Source of the DNA: Candidatus Baldrarchaeum yapensis | GTDB taxonomy: Archaea; Asgardarchaeota; Baldrarchaeia; Baldrarchaeales; Baldrarchaeaceae | Reading direction: 5' to 3' | NCBI GenBank assembly: GCA_016840465.1 | Contig: JAEOSH010000074.1 | Location: forward strand, 1-6,936 | DNA: 6,936 nt | Part shown: positions 1-5,688 of the stretch, piece by piece | Layout: every line of letters begins with the position of its first letter | Position numbering within the stretch: position 1 is the first letter of the stretch | Position numbers and translations under genes: made by a program | The notes under the pieces: model-generated | What the model was told of the DNA's origin: nothing | Seen by the model: the letters and a program-made list of their open reading frames with translations, nothing else | The model's database searches: none

Positions 1-540
1 GTAGCCCAGCGTGAGAACCATGGACCCCGGAGACTCCACCGAGACCTCGGAAAATACGTCTTCCTGAAAACTCTCCCAGCGCCCCTCCCTTTTCTCATCA
101 CTAATGGCGATGGTAATTGATCCCTTCTTCCCGCGTATCCGTATTGTGATCGGGAGTTCCGGGTTATTGGCGAGATCCCCTATCTTGGATACCCCGAACA
201 CCTTCCTCACGGCATCCGAGATAGAATCGGCCCACGCGTCCGGAAACTCTTCCACCAACGACCTTAAGATATGCATCATCTCCCCCGGCGGCGCAATTCC
301 CCTCCTGAGACTCTCCACCGCCCTCTCTAGCATTTCCCTTCCACATCTCCCCGCGACCCTAGCCAACCATACGCTCGCCGCGGGGAGTGTCCGCAGAAGA
401 GTCCACAGTAGATACATAACCATAGACTTCCCGGTGGAGTTCCTCCCCACGAACACCGTTAGCGGTTTCACATCCACGGAGAAATCCCTGAAGGGGCCAA
501 AATTCGAAACCCCAACTGAAATTGAAATGCGATCCGGCAT
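1..540 (-). CDS. AAA/ABC-type P-loop ATPase (AAA_15/AAA_21-like, defence-associated 'predicted ATPase'), N-terminal 180 aa, runs off the window edge
   Basis: Manual translation from ATG 540: MPDRISISVGVSNFGPFRDFSVDVKPLTVFVGRNSTGKSMVMYLLWTLL..., open to base 1. Walker A GRNSTGKS preceded by the typical 'NFGPF...LTVFVG' N-terminus. SD GTGAGGTG at 553-546. Missing from the ORF track because it has no stop inside the window. Confidence 0.88.
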   Translation of the reverse strand, partial: MPDRISISVGVSNFGPFRDFSVDVKPLTVFVGRNSTGKSMVMYLLWTLLRTLPAASVWLARVAGRCGREMLERAVESLRRGIAPPGEMMHILRSLVEEFPDAWADSISDAVRKVFGVSKIGDLANNPELPITIRIRGKKGSITIAISDEKREGRWESFQEDVFSEVSVESPGSMVLTLGY

Positions 541-545
541 CCGTG

Positions 546-596
546 CACCTCACGGACGCTCTATCTGTGTAGCGGGGCGCCGAAATAAATACTTAA
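546..596 (-). promoter_or_regulatory. SD (GTGAGGTG, 553-546) and AT-rich TATA-like element (TTAAGTATTTATTT, 596-583) for the ATPase gene
   Basis: Motifs read directly, at plausible spacing from ATG 540; function inferred. Confidence 0.5.
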
Positions 597-708
597 CGGT
601 GAGGAACATCCAAATGCCACACCGCAAGAACCGGGGCGAAAAGAGAACCCGAACGGGAATGCCCGTATTTGAATTTCACGCATGAAACACTGGGAGGATG
701 CCGATAAT

Positions 709-722
709 TTTATGATCATAAA
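709..722. repeat. Perfect 14-bp palindrome TTTATGATCATAAA, operator-like
   Basis: Self-complementary, immediately upstream of SD GGAGGT (724-729) and ATG 734. Confidence 0.5.
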
Positions 723-733
723 CGGAGGTCTCG

Positions 734-1721
734 ATGGAAGTTTTGAGAGCAAAGCGGTTCCGAATTGGAATTCATAAAATACCCGAGCGAAAGATGCCCC
801 TACAGATGGGAGTACTTCCCAGCAGTTTCCCTAGCTAGTGCTAGGAGGTTCGATATTGGCAGTTCGAAGCGGGCTCTTATCACGCGTTAAGTACGAGTTA
901 GCTGCGAATGTGAGTTTTTTGGCAAAAGGCATTCTTTTGGTGGGCTTCCCAAGCTAAAAATGTTTAAGTAAAATGATTGGGCGTTTTCTAATATCGACGC
1001 ATAAGGGAAGGTTCGCATGCGAAGCGATGACATCTTACGTGGCAATTCTCCTTCCTCAAATGGGAATACTGTGACTATTTTAAACATCACGGAAGAATTC
1101 CTAGTCACGGTAGCTTCGCTTTTGGTTGCGTTTATTCTCTATCACGTGGACCTTCTTAAGCCCTATATCAGCAATCTCGTTTTGAAACCACTGCTGATGG
1201 GAGTTATGCTGAGTGCCGCCATCATGATGATTTCCACCATGCTGTTCTGCTTTACTCTGTAGAGATAAAGAAGGAGCTGGACTACATTACCGTGCAAAAC
1301 CTTACCCCACCCGATCGCATTAATCATCTCATTCCTAATCATCATAATTGCCGCCCTTACGGGAAGATCTCGATCGACTTTGGAGCTCTCTCCGAGCGAA
1401 TACATAGACCGGGACTACTCATTGGTTATAAAAAGAGGACCCCACAACCTCAGGAAGAAGCACTCGCTCATCACCGGAATCGCATGCCTAGAGGTATTCA
1501 CATTGCTTTTTGCATCAATTGATCCGATGTCATGCCAGAGCAATCAACTGCCATGTGCGGCCGCCGGCGCCCTGATACCTCCCGCATTGTTTCCCCTCAC
1601 TTATAGTTTTAGAGGTGACAGTGGCCATCTTGGACAGTGGGGACGCATCATTTATCCGATCGGCGGAATAAATAAAAGACATACAAAAGCCGCCATCGAA
1701 TCCATGTTAAGGAAATCTTAA
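734..1721 (+). pseudogene. Decayed gene for a multi-pass membrane protein of unknown family
   Basis: SD GGAGGT + ATG 734. One frame continues from 747 to 1721 with only five internal stops (888, 969, 1002, 1260, 1266) and joins track ORFs 1017-1262 and 1380-1721. It holds hydrophobic segments FLVTVASLLVAFILY, LLMGVMLSAAIMMISTMLFCF, PIALIISFLIIIIAAL and LITGIACLEVFTLLFA. Extent is uncertain. Confidence 0.5.
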
Positions 1722-1730
1722 CCTCATTGC

Positions 1731-1908
1731 TTACGCCATTAGGTTTTCATCCATGGTGCGCAGATCCTTTAGAATTATTATTCTGTCGTAATCAACGAAT
1801 GTAAGTACCAGCCTCTTCATTTTTCACGGGTATTCCTAGTTTTTCGGCGATTCCCTCGATGACGCCTTAATCTAAGAATCCCTCCACGAAAAATACTATT
1901 GTTCTCAT
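1731..1908 (-). pseudogene. Remnant of a TOPRIM-like (OLD/DUF4276-type) ATPase-partner nuclease gene
   Basis: ATG 1908: MRTIVFFVEGFLD*GVIEGIAEKLGIPVKNEEAGTYIR*, then after a frameshift YDRIIILKDLRTMDENLMA* (1790-1731). The 'hhhVEGxxD' and 'YDxIIILxD' strands match the two TOPRIM acidic motifs. Confidence 0.6.
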
Positions 1909-2039
1909 TTCATGAGCTTCCAAATAGACATAAAGATTCTCTCATGACGTTACAATGCCGTATTCTTTTGATTTCTTACTTATTGAGTTCGAAAAGTTTT
2001 AGAAATTGAGAGAAAATCGAAAAGCGAGAACACAGACAA

Positions 2040-2079
2040 TTTATTAATCGGCACTCACTCTATTTACAAGAGCGGGAGG
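2040..2079 (+). promoter_or_regulatory. TATA-like box TTTATTAA (2040-2047) and SD GGGAGG (2074-2079) for the CARF/ring nuclease gene
   Basis: Motifs read directly upstream of ATG 2081; function inferred. Confidence 0.45.
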
Positions 2080-2080
2080 G

Positions 2081-2863
2081 ATGAGCATGAGTTTTCAAAT
2101 AGGGGTTCTCGCAACTATGGGGACCAGCCCGCCTATCATCACGGAGTTTCTCCAGTACCTCGAACTGAAGGGGATCGTGCCCCATAACATCATCCTCATC
2201 TCAACGAGGGACAAAACGGTGAGGGAGAGCACTCTCTTCGCAAGGGCCGCGATCAGAAACAGGTACAGGAAGACGAGAGTGTCCATACGGGAGGTCGATG
2301 TGGAGGACGTTGATACCGAAGAGAAGCTATTCAAATTCCTAGAGGACGCAACGGAGGTCATGTGGAGAGCGAGAGTCAACAACCACATCCTCTATGTGAA
2401 CATAGCTGGCGGGAGAATGACAATGGCGATGTCGGTTGCCCTCCTCGCTCAGATGATAGGCGTCAACGGAGTGTACCATGTTATAATGCCGGATGTCAAG
2501 ACCTTCAACATAAAACTCGAGAGGATAAGGAAGGAGATCGAGGACCTTGCAAAACTCAAGGATGAAAAGGAACAGGTGGAGTTCTACGCCAAGAATAAGA
2601 AGATATTCGATGATGTGATGTTCCCACCACCGTCAGAGTACAATGTCATAAGATTACCGCTCCTGCCCATGCCTAGAGACGTACTCGTCAAAATCGCAAG
2701 AATGCTCTCTGATGTCAAGGCAAAGATAGACCCCGCCCTTCCCAAGGACATCCTCGAGCACCTCGAAATGTCGGGAATAATAAAGAGGGCAAAGGATCTG
2801 GCATACGTCACCGAATTCGGAAGAAAAATAGGAGCGGTTCTCAAAAGCGTCCTCATGATTTAG
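2081..2863 (+). CDS. csx14: CRISPR-associated CARF protein of the Csx14/NE0113/Crn1 ring-nuclease type with a C-terminal wHTH-like region
   Basis: N-terminal ATMGTSPPIITE (family motif ATLGTSP), strand IILISTRD, LYVNIAGGRMTMA (family NxxGGRK), 'VIRLPLLP' at the end of the CARF part, and a C-terminal LEMSGII...YVTEFGRK wing-like motif. Confidence 0.8.
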   Translation: MSMSFQIGVLATMGTSPPIITEFLQYLELKGIVPHNIILISTRDKTVRESTLFARAAIRNRYRKTRVSIREVDVEDVDTEEKLFKFLEDATEVMWRARVNNHILYVNIAGGRMTMAMSVALLAQMIGVNGVYHVIMPDVKTFNIKLERIRKEIEDLAKLKDEKEQVEFYAKNKKIFDDVMFPPPSEYNVIRLPLLPMPRDVLVKIARMLSDVKAKIDPALPKDILEHLEMSGIIKRAKDLAYVTEFGRKIGAVLKSVLMI

Positions 2864-2870
2864 CAAAATG

Positions 2871-3161
2871 CTAGAAGATCAGACCCTCCTCCACCTTCTT
2901 CTTTTCCAGAACCTTTTCTTTCGTCGAGATATGTACCATTCTCTCAAGATCCGCCTTGCATAGCGGTATGAACAAAACGTCCGCTTCCGTCTTGGCAATT
3001 GCATCCGCAATCTCCCTCTTGAGAATCTGCAACCGCGCCTCGCTCAAATCTATCAGAAACGCCGATCTCTGAATCCACTCCCCTCCCCAGTCCCTCAGAA
3101 GTTCACGAACCTCGTTCCGCACGCGGTCGTCCCTCACATCATAGACAACTAGGTAAAGCAT
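2871..3161 (-). CDS. cas2: CRISPR-associated endoribonuclease Cas2 (copy b)
   Basis: 96 aa, MLYLVVYDVRDDRVRNEV...WIQRSAF; classic Cas2 'VxYD' and 'QxSxF' motifs. SD GGGGTGAGGG just upstream. Confidence 0.92.
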   Translation of the reverse strand: MLYLVVYDVRDDRVRNEVRELLRDWGGEWIQRSAFLIDLSEARLQILKREIADAIAKTEADVLFIPLCKADLERMVHISTKEKVLEKKKVEEGLIF

Positions 3162-3165
3162 TCCC

Positions 3166-3582
3166 TCACCCCGTTTTTCCTATCCAGACCCTTCTTACAT
3201 TCTCAATCCCATCGAAATCGGTATCCTCGCTTATGATAATCTCTATGTTATTCCTCCTGCAGACGGCAATGTGCAGGGCGTCTGAGGGCTTCAGCCCGTA
3301 CTTCTCGATAACCACCCTCATGACCTTGAACTCCTCATCCCCTATCGGCAGGATCCTCACAAAGGGCAACACCACGTCGTCCAGAAGCTCCATCGTCACC
3401 TCATAGGGAACTCCGTACTTCTTCTTGGAAATGTAGAGGACCTCGTCCAGGACAAGCGCATCCGTGAAGAGAACGTACCTCTCGAGAACGTCCATGAAGA
3501 AGTCCTCATAGACGCGACGCGCGCCCTCCTCCCTGACCGTGTTCAGATAGATTATGAGGTTAGCGTCGAGAAACGCCCTCAT
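3166..3582 (-). CDS. vapC: VapC-type PIN-domain toxin
   Basis: RAFLDANLIIY...LVLDEVLY...LKPSDALHIAV...IISEDTDFDGI shows the full PIN acidic motif set. ATG 3582 preferred over TTG 3588. Overlaps the antitoxin 3' end. Confidence 0.93.
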   Translation of the reverse strand: MRAFLDANLIIYLNTVREEGARRVYEDFFMDVLERYVLFTDALVLDEVLYISKKKYGVPYEVTMELLDDVVLPFVRILPIGDEEFKVMRVVIEKYGLKPSDALHIAVCRRNNIEIIISEDTDFDGIENVRRVWIGKTG

Positions 3583-3844
3583 CCTCAAACTCCTCTTCCA
3601 AATAAACTCCAGCGAGTTCCTCCGGCCTGGGACCCACTATCCCCAACTTCTCAAGCCTCTTCCTGTGCTCCTCCAACTTCCTCAAAACCTGCGCCCTATC
3701 CACCCTCCTGATCGGCTTGAGGAGAATGCCGTCGCTCCTGAGCTCTACGGCAACGTAGTCCCCCTCCGAGATTCCGTACGCCTCCCTCACAGACTTCGGA
3801 ATCACAATGTAGCCCTTGGCACCCACCTTCAACCTCAGCGTCAT
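3560..3844 (-). CDS. vapB: AbrB/MazE/SpoVT-family antitoxin (VapB)
   Basis: LKVGAKGYIVIPKSVREAYGISEGDYVAVELRSDGILLKP is a swapped-hairpin AbrB signature, with an acidic C-terminal tail. ATG 3844 follows SD GGTGGTGA (track start 3862). Confidence 0.9.
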   Translation of the reverse strand: MTLRLKVGAKGYIVIPKSVREAYGISEGDYVAVELRSDGILLKPIRRVDRAQVLRKLEEHRKRLEKLGIVGPRPEELAGVYLEEEFEDEGVSRR

Positions 3845-3890
3845 ACTCACCACCCACTCCAACTATAGTCAAACCATTCCAACTTTACAT

Positions 3891-3929
3891 GTCGCCATTT
3901 CCAAAAATAAATTTACACATCGTGGCGAC
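3891..3929 (-). promoter_or_regulatory. vapBC promoter: AT-rich core flanked by a 7-bp inverted repeat (GTCGCCA 3891-3897 / TGGCGAC 3923-3929)
   Basis: The repeat and the GTAAATTTATTTTT core are read directly. Autoregulatory operator role inferred from type II TA biology. Confidence 0.5.
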
Positions 3930-3932
3930 CCC

Positions 3933-4208
3933 TCACCCGATGTTCCAGTCGACGAGATCCGAGACCCTCGTGGAAATGTGGGAAACCTTGCTGTAACATT
4001 TTGCACACGGGAAGACCACCCTCACATCCCCAGTTCCCCTCCTCACGATCCTCCTTATCCCCCTGAGAAGTTTCTCCACATCCTCCTCCCTGATGTCAAG
4101 TTCAAACACGCTGTACTGCCGCCACTCCCCTCCCCAGTCCTTAAGATACTCACGAAGTTCGTTCCGGATGTCGTCCTCCGATATGTCATAAATGACGAAG
4201 ACCTTCAT
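3933..4208 (-). CDS. cas2: CRISPR-associated endoribonuclease Cas2 (copy a)
   Basis: MKVFVIYDISEDDIRNELREYLKDWGGEWRQYSVFELDI...PCAKC. True start is probably ATG 4208, which overlaps the cas4 stop (ATGA); track start 4241. Confidence 0.93.
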   Translation of the reverse strand: MKVFVIYDISEDDIRNELREYLKDWGGEWRQYSVFELDIREEDVEKLLRGIRRIVRRGTGDVRVVFPCAKCYSKVSHISTRVSDLVDWNIG

Positions 4209-4978
4209 ACCCTCACCCCACGGGGAACTATTAGACGACACAGCACCCTGACATCACAAAACTCGCACCTCCTCCTCCTCCTCCTCTCAGCCCTGACCGA
4301 TATCCCCGTAAAGAGAACCCTCAGAGCGTCATCACGGGCCCTCAGGGCGCGCTCCCTCAAACATTCTCCTATCTCGACCTCCATCCTCTTCCCCCTCCTC
4401 AGATCCTCCACATAACCGACATCCACATCAACCCCCATGCGATCCTCCATCAGAAGCGCGTAAAGGGCCAGTTGCACCATCTCCGGATCACCCGGCTCCC
4501 GACTCATGTACTTGAACTCCACCGGAACCCCCTCCTCCACGGAGTCTATAACTCCCACCAGCGACAACCTCTCCGACCTGAGCGGAACCTCGAAATCCGC
4601 GCTCCGCGGAACCCCGTACTCGTCCAAAACTTTGGAAAAACCCTCGAAAACCTCCCGAACAATCTCCTCCACCTCCAACCTCGAAAGGGGGGGACTGAAC
4701 CTCGGAAGAAGATCCCCAACCACCCTCTCGATCACCACCTCAGTGCCCATCTCCCTCATTCTACCCGTCACTATAATCCTCCCAAACTCCACCCTCGCCT
4801 CGTGCGCAACCTTCCCGCGTAGCATCTGTGGTGTCATCTCAACCTTATGGGGGTACCTCCTTAAAAGAAGAGCATAAACCGGACAGTAAACAAATGCGTA
4901 AACGTCGCGAATTCTGAGGACTACAGACCTCACCGGGGAACTTGCATCCACAGAGTATCCGCGAATAATCCGACCCAT
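4205..4978 (-). CDS. cas4: Cas4-family RecB-like Fe-S exonuclease with Csa1/Cas4a-like length and N-terminus
   Basis: YCP plus C-terminal CEFC-x5-C (4 Cys); motifs G-x-x-x-H (GKVAH), G-x-I-D, E-F-K and QLALY intact. ATG 4978 follows SD GTGAGG; GTG 4987 is an alternative start. Confidence 0.9.
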   Translation of the reverse strand: MGRIIRGYSVDASSPVRSVVLRIRDVYAFVYCPVYALLLRRYPHKVEMTPQMLRGKVAHEARVEFGRIIVTGRMREMGTEVVIERVVGDLLPRFSPPLSRLEVEEIVREVFEGFSKVLDEYGVPRSADFEVPLRSERLSLVGVIDSVEEGVPVEFKYMSREPGDPEMVQLALYALLMEDRMGVDVDVGYVEDLRRGKRMEVEIGECLRERALRARDDALRVLFTGISVRAERRRRRRCEFCDVRVLCRLIVPRGVRV

Positions 4979-5004
4979 CGGCCTCACGCACGACCCGAGG
5001 CTTT

Positions 5005-5081
5005 AGAAACCCTCTCACGCGGCGGCATGATTGGTTCAAACCACTACTTAAAGAGCCTGCCGCCGCACCCCGAGGAGTTCT
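5005..5081 (-). other. Long GC-rich stem-loop in the region upstream of cas4 (structured 5' leader or small RNA)
   Basis: Perfect 9-bp stem 5019-5027/5058-5066, plus an outer stem 5005-5014/5072-5081 (9 of 10 pairs on the minus-strand RNA, including one G-U) and an inner 4-bp hairpin 5032-5043. Confidence 0.55.
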
Positions 5082-5117
5082 CATGACCGTTACATATAAT
5101 TTCAAAGGGCGCTTCAA

Positions 5118-5125
5118 TTTATAAA
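5118..5125. promoter_or_regulatory. Palindromic TATA box TTTATAAA between the divergent cas4 and CARF genes
   Basis: Reads the same on both strands and lies about 24 nt before ATG 5149, consistent with a leaderless transcript. Confidence 0.6.
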
Positions 5126-5148
5126 CGAGTTTTTAACAGCAAGCGGTG

Positions 5149-5688
5149 ATGCCCTTGCCACGAGCGGGGGATGGCGGGGAAAATGAGCGGTGCGTGTGGA
5201 TAACCTTTGTGGGAGTGTCACTAGCGGCAATCTGCAACACCATCTGGATGTGCTACGACCTCGACATTCTGAGACCGAACGTCTTCTACCTAATATACAA
5301 CGAAAAGACGCGAGACCTCATGTATGACGCAAGAGACCTGATATCCGAAATCTGCAAGACCTACGGAATCCCAAACCCGCAAATAGCCGGTATAAAGACA
5401 AAGGAAGACGACCTCGACCAAATATCTAGAGAGATCAGGAAAATCCTGAAATTCGAAACCAAAAAAGGATCAAGAATAGCGGTCGACCTCACACCCGGAA
5501 GGAAATACATGACTCTAATACTCGCAATCATCGCAGCACAGTTCAACGTGGACCACGCCTTCTACCTCCACCTGAAAGACCCACAATACCAGAACGAACT
5601 GTACCCCCGTATCCCCCAGCCCCTCCAAGAACTATACGACCTGAACCGCATACTGAAGGAGGGCATAGGGAGTGCCTTCAAAAAATAA
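5149..5688 (+). CDS. Stand-alone CARF-fold protein with no fused effector domain
   Basis: beta1 WITFVGVSLAAICNT, beta2 FYLIYN, and the CARF ligand-binding motif IAVDLTPGRKYMT followed by helix and HAFYLHL strand. Start may be GTG 5146, ATG 5149 or later. Confidence 0.75.
   Translation: MPLPRAGDGGENERCVWITFVGVSLAAICNTIWMCYDLDILRPNVFYLIYNEKTRDLMYDARDLISEICKTYGIPNPQIAGIKTKEDDLDQISREIRKILKFETKKGSRIAVDLTPGRKYMTLILAIIAAQFNVDHAFYLHLKDPQYQNELYPRIPQPLQELYDLNRILKEGIGSAFKK

Noticed and set aside
104-685. 193-aa plus-strand ORF
   Set aside because: Antisense shadow of the minus-strand ATPase, which has the Walker A motif and SD; no recognisable motifs of its own.
888-1268. Stop-codon recoding in the membrane-protein frame
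   Set aside because: The stops are mostly TAA, are mixed with apparent frameshifts, and neighbouring genes use standard stops, so decay is the simpler explanation.
2095-2866. Minus-strand and alternate-frame ORFs within csx14
   Set aside because: Fully overlap a well-supported gene and show no motifs.
4268-4286. (CCT)6 microsatellite as a phase-variation switch
   Set aside because: It is an in-frame triplet repeat encoding an Arg run in Cas4, so slippage would not alter the frame.
3554-4877. Plus-strand ORFs 3554-3868, 3816-4415, 4472-4822 and 4506-4877
   Set aside because: Pro/Ser/His-rich shadows opposite vapB, cas2 and cas4, caused by the purine-rich coding strand.
5019-5066. Box C/D sRNA or fluoride riboswitch in the hairpin
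   Set aside because: AUGAUUG is only a partial box C, there is no proper CUGA box D, and riboswitch consensus elements are absent.
4845-5117. 90-aa minus-strand ORF as a frameshifted N-terminus of Cas4/Csa1
   Set aside because: It spans the promoter and hairpin. Cas4 has its own SD+ATG at 4978, and the resemblance to Csa1 N-termini is too weak to support by eye.
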